Source: Sphaerodactylus townsendi (taxonomy: Eukaryota). Taken from it: a stretch of 64,000 bases of DNA. Below, piece by piece: positions 23,024 to 35,000 of this stretch. The notes below the pieces were generated by a model that was not told the origin of the DNA, did no database searches, and saw only the letters and a list, made by a program, of their open reading frames with translations. Position numbers and translations under genes: made by a program. Location: contig NC_059425.1 of NCBI RefSeq assembly GCF_021028975.2, positions 74,710,001 to 74,774,000 on the forward strand, written 5' to 3'. The first letter of the stretch is position 1. Each line of letters begins with the position of its first letter.

Positions 23024-26000
23024 CTAAGAAGGAAGACGCTTGAAAAACGAAAACAAAGTCCCAGCTATGTCTTTCCTTGCCCGTTTGGCACTGGAGGCTG
23101 TGGGTGTCCTTGGTTTACTCTTGCCCTTAACTGGAGAGCTGCTAACAGCCCCTGTTAACCTGACAGGGCTGGGTTCCAAGAGCATGTCCTGCAGTTCCAC
23201 AGCAAAGTGATAGTCTAAATGCTCTGGATAATCCCACACCAACACCTCTTGTTTACACTTTTCACACTTGATTTGGTCCCCAGAAACAGTTTTCTCTTGG
23301 AAAAATCCAACCGCAAGTGGCACACTCTTTTCTTTCCCCAGATCAGGTTGCTCTGAAGAGGCCTTGAGCACCCCTGTTTGTACAAGTGCAGTGTTAACTT
23401 CACTAAGCACAGTGGCCTCTGCTGGTCCTGCATCAGAGCTGCACAAAGACTGTTCTACACAGGGCTGGCACTGGAAGTCAGAGTTCCTCCTGGGGATGCT
23501 TTGTTCCAGAAGATCATTTGCAATCTGCCGGTTAACGGGAATTAATTCTTCAGGCCATGAAATGGATGCTACTGATGGTATTGCATTTGCTTCAGTAACC
23601 CCAGAAGAACAGGACACAGTTGTAGTTTGAGCTTGTTTCTTTTCTTCTGCCCTCTGGAACAGCATCTGAATCGTATTCCCAGCCTTCTTGCTGGTCTCCT
23701 TTAGGGGGCTTCTAAGAGACTTGGCCTTTGGGCTAGTTGTACAGATACTATTGGGCTGGGTATACTTGCTGTCTGTACTCAGGAAAGTAGTAATGTCAGC
23801 AGAGGATAGCGTGGCAACCTCTGAAAACTTGCTTGCAGAAAGTTGGAGAAGCGTGATTGGAGGAGACCTAAAAATATGGACAAAAATTCCAATGTAAAAC
23901 TTTTCAGAACAAAGTTGTTTAATGAGGCAACAGGCAAGGCAGACACTGTCCCATAAATGAAACTATCAAATATTCCTTTCCTCAATAATTTTGCCAACGG
24001 TTGGCTTTCATGTTAAGAGACCTTCTTTAACTTAGCATTAATTATACTAAATATCTCTGGGGCAACAAAAACCTCAGACTATTTCCTATTTGATGAAATA
24101 GCCCATAGCCTTTGCTCTCCTATATAATAATAATAAGCCTTTATTTGGCATAATACAGTAAGATCATAACACAATACAAAAACTGTGATAAGGAGTTTAC
24201 AGATACAAAAGTGTGAGATAAAATATAAACTATTGGTTATGCATCACCTCCAATAAAAAACATGCTACCAATTCACAAGTTTCATTATCAGAACTGTCCA
24301 AGAGGAAAGGGAGTCTGCCTGACTCCCCCATTTCGCTGGGTATCCTAGAAAAGATATTGGAATATTTTAATCTGATGTTTGCAGATTTAGGGCAGCAGAG
24401 CAACTGATGTGCCAATGTTTCAATTTGTTGTTCACCACAAGAGCACACCCTTTTGCTCATTTTCAAGTTGTTAAATCTACCACGCAATAAAGCAGGGTGA
24501 AAAACATTGAAACGAGCAAGTGTGAGAGCTCTTCTCCGAATAGGATTAGTCAGAAAATACAAATAAGGAGCCATCCTATTTTGATGTAGAGGTATTGAAA
24601 GATGTAAGGGTGAACAAGTTTTCATAGCAGCCCTAATTAAATTAATCCATTAGCTTTCCAACAGTTTTTGTTTTAACAAGTTGTAAGATTCTGAACTGGA
24701 TAGCGGGAAAAGTGAGTGGAGGGATATATCAAGTGATTCAATCTTTCTCTCTATTAGAGAGAACCATGGATTAACCTGGGTATCAGATAAAAGTAGGTGA
24801 ACCAGCGAATGCTCGTTGTGTAAGAAATGCAGGCGAAGCCAGAATTTAAAGGCTTTCGACCAGGCCCTATAAACTAATGAATTTTGGCCCAGCTCTAAAC
24901 AAAGGGCCGCATAGGGAACACAATTTGGCAGGCTTGTAATTTTACGAAAAAAATTGGATTGGACCATATTCAAGGAATTGTCAACTGCGCTGAGCCAGAT
25001 AGGAACTCTATAAAGTAGCTGCGCTTCTATCTTGGAGTTAAAGATTTTTAGTGCTGCTGGGACAAGGGAGTGGCCCTTTCCATAAAAAAAGCATACAATA
25101 GCTGAATAACTGTTGGTAGCAGATGCAATAGCAGCTTTTTTGTGGGGTAACCACGAGAGGTTATAGGAGAAAATAATTCCAAGATATTTATATTGGTTAA
25201 CCTGCTCCACTGGCACATTATTAATTGCCCAGTTGTGTTTTTTATATTGTTTGGCAAAGACCAAGATCTTGGTCTTATGATAGTTGATGGCTAGTCCGTT
25301 ATCTACACAATACTGCCCACATCTATTCAGCAGTCGACTAAGTCCAACTTTTGAACGAGATAGAAGAACGGTATCATCAGCATATAAAAGTATTGGGATA
25401 TGCCTTGTGCCTAATTTAGGGGCATGACTGTTAATTTCCGATAAGGCGGATGGTAGGTCGCTCAAAAATAGATTGAAAAGGGTTGCTCTCCTATATACTT
25501 CACAACATACTACAAGTTTCTGCAGTACCTCTGCATCTTCTGCAGTACCTCTCACATATGCTTATGGAAATCGTCTTTGTTCATCTTACATACAAAAGAA
25601 AAAAGACTACTTTTTCAGCATGATTCCGAACGTGAGGTTGTGTTCAACGTCATTTTACTTTTCATTCCATTCAGCATAGACTGCGTAGTTTATAGGCCAG
25701 TAGCAGGGATAAAATCTAACTCTTCTTTTCTGCATTCAGGAAAAAAATTCTCACCATGCAGTCTGCTGGCCTCCAGCTGTATTGTAATTCTGGATGACAG
25801 CGAACGCATCTCTGCTGATTTTCTGAGAATCATAATGGGACAGGGCACAGCAGCGGGATAGACCACTAGCATATTTACCACCCTGCAGGCGGATGCCAGT
25901 AGTCAGCAGTTTAGCTACTCGATTGTTCTGTTGAGAGAAAAACAACAGCATTCAGATAAAATGCACATTGGACATCAAGAACTTCTGAAGTTGACAGCAG

Positions 26001-29000
26001 ATTACAACTCCTCAGATCTTCCTATTTTTTCCACTATTCTGTTCTATTACAGCAAAAAAATGTAGGGGGATTTAATAGAACTCTTTCAGTTCACAATAAA
26101 ATTTGCCCCTGCAGCTCACTAGCTGCTCTCTGTACACTGCAAGAAAATCCAAATAATTAGTGTACAGAGAAGAAGAAAGAAAAAGCACCTGCCCATATCC
26201 TGGTGTTTATCTTGTAACAGTCACATCCAACCTTTCTTCAACATTCCTCAGTGTGACAGAAAAAGATTTTCCCATTAAAATAATTATGTGAAGAAGATTT
26301 GGCCAGGCTCATCCCACAAGCTTTAAGGCAAAACATGTATTCGAGTTTTTCCCCTACATCTAAGCCCAATATTATGGTAATTGCATCAAGCTTGCTATAT
26401 ATGTTTTGGAGCAAATGCACTGCCTGCATCAATTCACCTGAATTACCTTTAAGAAATGCCAAGTACTGTACCCAAGATCATTTAGCCAAATATTTTCAGT
26501 TACAAGGACTATCACCTGCTCAAAAGCATCTAGGATAGAAGGGAAAGTAATATATTGATTTATTTTTATTTATTAAAACATTTATACCTTGCCTTTTCTC
26601 ACGATTCAAGATGGCTTACAATAACAGTTTAAAACATTTTCAGTTTAAAAGAAAAAATGAAGTACAAGCCCCAGATTTCTCTCTTTGCTTCCTATCATAA
26701 AAGACATCTGCAAATTCAGACCATTGCTTTCACATCCTACATGTGAACTCCCAAAGGCACCTGGTGGGCCACTGCGAGTAGCAGAGAGCTGGACTAGATG
26801 GACTCTGGTCTGATCCAGCTGGCTTGTTCTTATGTTCTTATGTTCAGACTCTCTCAAAAGCCTTGGTAAATGAGCGGGCCTTGCAGCATCTCCTGAAGAA
26901 CTCCAAGTAGAGAACCCCCACCTCTTCAGGAAACCCATTCCACAGAGTCAGAGCTCCGGTCAGTGCCGGACAGGCCACCCTAGGATAGCCAATGGATACT
27001 ACAGCTGGCACACAGAAGGAGGCGGGCCCTCAAATATGTGGTTCTCAGGTCGTGAAGTCTTTAAAGACCTTGAATTAAATTTGAACACATATTGGCAGCC
27101 CAAGTAGCTGTTTCAAAGTGGGCAACATATATTTCTGGCAATAGTCAGGTTGCTGCATTCTGGAGCAGTTATAGTTTTCAGGTTGTCTTCAAGGGCAGCC
27201 CCGTATCCAGCACATTGCAGTAATCCATCTGTGAGGTTACAGAAGCCTAGATCAGCATGGCCAGATCAGCTGAGTCTAGATAACAAGAGAGTTGGCAAAT
27301 CAGATGCAGCTGACAGAAGATGCTCCTGGCCACTATGTGTACCAGCTTTTCAAACAGCAAGGCAGGACCATTAGCATCCCACAGTTTTTAAACCTGCTTT
27401 GAAAAAGCCAGTATCACTCCCTCTAGGACAGTGGTTCTCAACCTGGGGGTCGAACGACCCTTTCACAGGGATTGCCTAACAACTCTCTGCAGCTGTTCTC
27501 CATCTGTAAAATGGATAAATGTTAGGGTTGGGGTTCACCACAACATGAGGAACTGTATTAAAGGGCCACAGCATTGGGAAGGTTGAGAACCACTGCTCTA
27601 GGACAAGTGGAATTAGTCCCTCTAGAATATCAGCCTTCACAGCCACTCTTACCTCTGTTTTGTCTGGATTCAGCTTCAGTTTGTTCTGCCTTAGCTACCT
27701 GACCACAGCCTCAAAGCACCAGTTCAGAACCAAGCAGACAGATGTGGAAGCTTAGATAATAAAATATAAAGCTGGGTGTCATCTGCATATTGATGACATC
27801 CAACCCCAAAGCTCTGGACAAGAGAACAGAACTATGTGGCACTCCACAAGATAAATTCTACCCCATTGATTCTGCATGTCCAATGGAGATGCATTCTGTC
27901 CAATCAGACAGAAAAGAATGAAACCACCAAAAGAGTTATACCCTTAATTTCAACTCCACAGACAGGCCAGTGGATAAGAGTAGACTAGGCAACCACATCA
28001 AAAGCCACTGAGAGGTCCAACACTTTTAATAGGGAAGATTATCCCCTGTCCAACTTTAAATGAAGACTGTTCACAAGTGGAATCTTGGTATCAAAATCTT
28101 GGTATCTGGATACAAAATCTTGATACAAAATCTTGGTATCAATCCAAAGTCAGATTGAAATGGGCTAAGGGCAGATGGGTCATCCAGGAAGCCCTGGATA
28201 TGCACTGCCACCACACACTCTTATCACCTTCCCTGAAGAAGGTAAATTGGAGACTGGCCTGGGATTAGCTACCTCACCCCTCACCAACGAAGGTTTCCAA
28301 AGCTAAGCTTCAGTATTAGAAGTGGGTTGTGTGTGCATTTCTTTAATAAGCCATTTAGTTTTTGATTCCCCCAGAGCCCAGCACTTGCTTGCTTCAGGTT
28401 GCCTACCGAGGGAATTGTACATAAGTTTAATAGATAGCTAAGCAGCAAAACGAGTATATTAAGAAACAGCACTAAAGGCAGCAGTTCTTGTTCCAACTCA
28501 AAACATCTCTCCTTTGGAAATTAAAAGGGCCTCTTCTCTTCTCCTACTTACTTGGTCTTGGTCCTTCTTAAGCCTCTCTTCCAGCTCCAAGGCCAGCTGC
28601 AGAAGCCAATGTTGCACCTGCAAACAAAGTGTGTTATTGCCCTTAGCCCATCACTCAATATGCTGCTACCATAAATAAGAGACCAAAGAATGCAACAAAC
28701 AAACAATCATGCATGGTTTCAATCTGCTGGAATCCAACACTAAAAACATAAATCCTTCAAATCCACCAGAAATATTGCCAAGGAGCAACAAAAATACACA
28801 CGCTGCAGAGACAACCAGGGCACTTGGACACGCAAAATGGAACAAAGATTTTGGTTAAAAGCAACATGCAGCCCTGGAGACAACTTCTTCTCTGCTAACA
28901 GTGTTTTACAGGAGGCTTAAGGAGTGCTCCACCCACTGGAGTTCCCGCTCTGGAATACATCCAAGAGTCCTTTTTTGTGGTTTTGTAGCCCTTGGGAGAT

Positions 29001-32000
29001 TGGAACCAGAGAAAGGCAACAGTATTCAAACTATTTTCCAGTTTTATTTACTGTTCAAAATAGAGCCAATTCTGACTGCTCACAATCACTTACCTGTCTC
29101 TGAGTAATCAAAGCTGTTTTTCCACGAAAGTTCTTACTACAGCCAATGGATTTTGGCAATTCTCTAGGTTTTACAGGTTCATGCTCAATCCCTCTACATA
29201 GGTCATATAACCAGGAGCTGTAAATCACATATAGAAATCTGAGTTAGGAAAATAATATGTTTGGATTTTTTCAAGTACTTGGTAGCTCCATATTATTCAG
29301 TTTAGAACAGGAACATGCACAAGTTAGACCTTAAACTGTGTAGACCTTAAACTGACGCAAGGGGAAAATGAGAACTGCTTTCTATAAACTTTTTCACTAC
29401 AATTCCTGTATTACACAAAAAACAAACCCACTGAGGCAGTTAATGTGTACTGGCAAATATTTTCAACTTGAGATGTAGTTCATAAAGGATGTGTGCAGAG
29501 CTAGAACCCTGTGCACATTAATAGGGCAAATGAATGAATAATTTTTTGTCAATGGACATTTTCCAACTATAAAGTCAAAGATATCTCTTACCCAGTCTTA
29601 TCTCCGAAGTGCATCTGAAGCTTTGATTTACTGAACTCAACCAACTGTCCGATGTACTCCACTCCTAGGAGTTCAGTGATGGAAGCACCTAGCTTCCCTC
29701 CAAGACTGCGGCTATGTGGAGGAGAGCAGGAAAAGTGTTTAGATATCAGAGCCTATATACTAGCTAGCAGTGGGTATACAGTGACAAGAGACAGAGGGAT
29801 GTAAAATTTGGTTTTATGAGTCAGCAGTTACACATAGCAATATCAGGAGCTAACAAATAGCATCTTCTCTGCCTTTCCTTGGATGAGACACTACCTAGGA
29901 AGACTGACTGCTACACAGAGGAAGCCAATGGGCAAACCACCTCTGTATTTCTCTTGCCAGGAATGCTTCTAAGATAAGATTGCCATGAGTTGGTTGCAGT
30001 TCAAATGCACGTTCTTCATTTCTGCCTACGCTACTAAATGGAAAAGAAGAGCTAGAAAGATTCTGCCCTCTTTATCACACATTCTTGGGAATCCACCTGC
30101 TCTTGTAAACAGAGCTGGAAAATATTACATTGTTTACCAAAGGCTTAAAAAGTTGAATTATTCATTCTGCAATAGGTTTTATTCTGGCTCCAATGAACTT
30201 GAAGATTACACTTCATTCTTTTCCCAACTGCATCTCCAGTCCTCATACCTTGTTAGTGATCTTTCCAAGTCTTTGATTGCTATAATTTGGCTGTTGCTAA
30301 TCTCGTTTATTTATTTGCTTGTTTTACAGTAACATAGTAAAAGAAAATGTTAGTTCTACAGCTCACAAATGCAATCTCATATGAGGTCTATAGATGGAGA
30401 CTTGTACATACTTACATGTTGCTGACTGGCATCTTGCTAAACAGTTTAGGGACAGAATCTTGAGATACCAGAGTCTGCCGATTGGGCTTGTTGAGGCCAC
30501 AGGCCAGTTTTGCTAATACCTAGAAAATACAATAGCCAATTAATTATCTTGGCTTTCCACATTCAGGGGCACCACTTCAGGAGAAAAAACAAAAAACAGG
30601 ACATGGGCACCAACTGAACACTGGCAGCTCATTTTTCCAAACTTCTCCATAACTTGAAGAGAATACATTTGAAAAGCTATCTAACTTCATCATATTATTG
30701 CTATTTCAAACCATGCTCAGTGTTCTAACAAATCAAAGTAACATGAAAATAAACATTGCATATATGGGGCTACAATAACTGAAATCGCTCTTTCCTCTCT
30801 CATTTCTTCCTCAGGCAGAAAACTAAAATAAGCATAATTACCCCTTGCCACCACCGGTAGCAGTAATGAAATAATCACTCAAAACACTGTAATGCTCTAT
30901 AAATACAGCTCTTAAAATCAGGACTAGTTTTGTACCATGTCAGGAGTAACTTCCTATAAAGTACTCACTTCTGTTTTTATCTTTTATTCTTCTAATTGAT
31001 TGTGCTGCAGTTTATGGCAGAAAGAACAAAATTTCATTCATTCCTAATAACTGAATCACATAAATGAACAGAAAATCATACAAGGACAGCATCAACTTTT
31101 ATCAGGAGTATAATTTGTAGGCTCTCTCATTCTGCAAGAGAACTACTATGTGAAAGAGAAGATCCAAGTGGCAGAATTCTTCACTCCCAAGTGCTACCCA
31201 TCCTGGCACACAACTGTGCCCTCTGAATAGAATTTATTTGGTAACCAGGTACTAGCTGTACAAATAATCCTGGGATTGACCATCCCTTATTCCTCCTTTT
31301 TTGTTGTCTCCTCTAATCTAATGTACTTTTGCTCTCAACAGATGGGAGGGACCGGGGCTGGGTAGGCAGTAGGACCCAGGTGGAGCATTCTACAACAAAG
31401 AAGGTCCAGCATGTAGAGTTCTGTGGCGGAGGAATATACAAACCTACAAACATCTTTTTCTGAAACAGAATAGTTCTGCCAAGCTGAAAATAAAAGTGTC
31501 TACTCATCTTACTTATACCTTGTTGTGAGAAATTCCAACTGAACACCTAAATCCAGTGGCAGATTCCACAGCTGCCCTCATTTCTTCCATAATTATTGCT
31601 CCCAAAGTTAGCTGCAGCTCAGGACTGCTAGGATCTCCAACAGGCAACAACTCGAGCCACTGGCACAACCCACGTTGCCGTAGTTCTTCTGGAAGAGACA
31701 CAAAGCTCATTAAATGAGGCATCTCCTTTTTATCACAGATAAATGACAACACTGGAGAACTATGGGGGTGGGGAAAGAGGCAATGCTGTAGACAATCTAC
31801 AGAAAGAGGATGTTAGAAAGCACCCAATGAAACCAATCTTTGTGTGGCCCCTGGCTTTGGGATGCAGTTCCTTTAAAGTAAGTCTTCAAGACTGGATTCA
31901 TCCAGTGGGTAAGTCCAACCAGTACACTAGCATACATCTGATTCAAGAAGAAAATCCCATACAGTTCATCCTTGAAAGGATATGCCAGCATTAGCAACAA

Positions 32001-35000
32001 GAGTGTTAATAACAACAATAATCATAATCATCCAAATGGACAAAGTGTTAGCACAGAATACACCAGACATCACAGTGATCAAGGACAAGAAAGTGACCAT
32101 CATCAACATAGCATAGTGACAGCAGGGTTGTTGAAAAAGAACATGAGGTCACTAAATACCATCAGCGACTATGGCATAAACCAGGTGAGGTCATTCCAGT
32201 AGAAATCAGCACCCTGGGCACCATTCTGAAAACACTAGTGCAGCACTTAAAACATCTTCCAATTGACAAAATCAACATCTATCAGATTCAGAAGGCAGCC
32301 CTACAGGGATCCGGACATATACTATGCTGATCCATTACAACTTCCTAGGCTTATGGGTGAGACTCGAATTGTAACGAAAGGCCAACATCAACCAGCTGAC
32401 CACTTACTTTGTAACGAAAGGCCAACATCAACCACTTACTCCACATATGTTCAGAATGGCTTAAACCAGATACATGAGCTAAAGATAATAGAGGCTATGA
32501 ATGTTAGGTAGAAAAATGCAGAACAAGCTTTAGTAATAAATACCTCAATCTCGATCATTCACTTTGCCATTATTCTAATTACCTATTCCTCTACAATGCT
32601 GGCCTTCCAGTGGTGAAACCCTGTTGTTCTCTGACCAAAGCACCAGGAGGCAGCCTTATGTTTCTCAGTGACACATAGAGGTCAAAGTCATCTGAACTGC
32701 ACTAGCCTTTCTAAATGTACAAGTGGGCCCAAGAACTGTATCAAAAATGACCAAATAGGGCATGGTTACTTCTGTATTCACCAGTGGATGCATGTTAAGA
32801 CCTGTCATTCAAAGGACTGGCAGGAAACACTGCACTACCATACCCAAGGCCATGCTGGCTTGTCACAATCTCATTGTTAGCCTTCTAACCCCGTGGTGGC
32901 GAACCTTTGGCACTCCAGATGTTATGGACTACAATTCCCATCAGCCCCTGCCAGAATGGCCAATTGGCCATGCTGGCAGGGGCTGATGGGAATTGTAGTC
33001 CATAACATCTGGAGTGCCAAAGGTTCGCCACCACTGTTCTAACCTATTGCACCCGTCATATGACACAGGGGGAATCAATCAATCAATTTGATCTTTTGGG
33101 ATTATTTACATACCTTTACCATGCTCTTCCAGAGGCACATAAATTTCAGCTATCCCTAACCAAGCAGGAAAAAAAGCAAAATGAAATGAGCAAAAAAAAA
33201 AAGCAAAATGAAATGAGGTAGAGAAGCAAGACGGCCACTATTAAGTACCATTGTTCTCTGTATGCTCTTCCGCCACAGAGGTCTCTGGCAGTCCCTGGAT
33301 ATAGGTAGTTGCCAACTGTTCTGCTGCTATTGGTTGTCCTTTCATTTTCTGAAGCCTTTCCTGCACAGCCTTAGTTAAGTCCATGTAAGCCTCATCAATG
33401 CTGGCACGCTCGATCACTGCAAAGCGGGACATCACTTCCATCACCTCAGCACTTGCTTCTCGGTACCTTTGAAGGAAGAAAACAAGCGAATGCTCTGATA
33501 ATCTCAACACCTATCATCATACACCACCATCAAATCAAATATAACTAATTCTCAACATGGGCCCATCTGTGAATACTGAAATCTGGAGACTGGAGCTATG
33601 AACAGACAAGACAAATCATTCTACAAACTTGGAAATCACCCTACGTTTCCAGAAAAAAAAAATCTGAAATCTAAAATAAACATAAAAATTGGGGGTTCAG
33701 CCACCTATTGGTAAAAGGAGCTTTAAGAAACAAATGCCCTCAGAGACCATTACTACGCAATCACCACCAGAATTGCTAGCCTTCAAGCCTTGGTTTCTGT
33801 CAGCTAGTGGTAAGAGGGAAGGGGCCTTTCAGCCTTTGAAGGTGGTCTCATCGGGACCAGGCCTGGCACCAACCACCAGGCAACTTACTAACATTTGACT
33901 TGCATGATTTACCAAGACCCAACGGCCTGCCACTGCTCAACAGAAGCCAATCCAAGTAAGTCAGTGTGGTGGAGTAGTTAAGAGTTTCAGACTAGGATCT
34001 TTGAATTAACCACTCTTCCATGGAAACTCATGCAGTGACCTTGAGCCAGTTGCACACATTCAGCCTAACCTACCTCATTGTGTTATTGTGAGAAAAAAAA
34101 CGGAAGAGAATTAGGTAAGCTGCTTTGGAACTCCATTGTGGAGAAAGGTTGGGTACAAATGAAATATTGCTGAAAATGGAGGGCACATAAAAGGTAGGTT
34201 GATTTGTGACGGAAGAAGGAAGATATGGGGTTGCCAAGAGGAAGGAAACAGGAAGTAGTGTAGGAAGGGAAACACAGGGGCAAATGACAAGCCCCCCACA
34301 ATCCTTGCAAGGTCTCCACTGCACAACTGGGCCCTTCCCAGCACCACGTTTTCGACAGAGGAAAAGGAAGGGAGGAAAGCTGAAGAAAGGGGACCAAATT
34401 AAGGGAAGTTGCCTGGCAGGTGGGAAGGAGAAGGAAACAGGAAAAAAGGGGTGGTTATTGGGATTTTCAGGGAAGGGAAACAGTAAATAGCGGGAAAGAT
34501 GAAATGCGATCCCATCTGCAAGTTCTTACGAGTGTTCCCTTCTAATTAGGGTGACTATTTTGCCTGCCAGCAAATTAAGAAGCAGAAATTATTTGTATTT
34601 ATTACACTTTCTTCTAACATGGAAATCAATGCAGCACACATGGATTATCCAGGTTGTTTCTAATACAGGTACTGGCCAAGCTTCAGTGAAGTTACTCAGT
34701 AAGGATCCGTGTATTACTCACCCAGTATGAATAAGTGGACTTGATCTGCCTGGTGGAACACTCTTCCTCCAACTGCTAGGGCCCTGCGGGACCTTGAGGA
34801 GTTCCGCAGGGCCTGTAAAACTGAGTTGTTCCACCGGGCCTTTGGGGAGGCCAGCCACGGAGCTGCCACCCGCTGCCCCTCGACGCCCCCCTCTGATTCC
34901 ATCTATACCATCCTTCTGCCAACAGTTCTCTGTGTTGCTGCTACTGTGTTTTAAATTATATTAATGTTTCTATGTTTATATTTTATCACTGTATATTGGG

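Larger units (their letters stand above)
26555..28280 (-). mobile_element. Old L2 LINE (RT to 3' end), interrupted by a CR1 stub and a SPIN MITE
   Basis: GCHQYADDTQLY on minus strand at ~27765-27800; A-rich L2-type 3' end at ~26555-26625. Confidence 0.75.

Noticed and set aside
24650-25555. 301-aa reverse transcriptase ORF as a functional or domesticated RT
   Set aside because: 5'-truncated at the TSD (25483), so the first residues come from flanking intron; it is also disrupted before the C-terminal domain.
34200-34550. Second Helitron-like fragment (purine-rich, two degenerate hairpin-like ends)
   Set aside because: The hairpins are too degenerate and it ends CTAAT rather than CTAGT.
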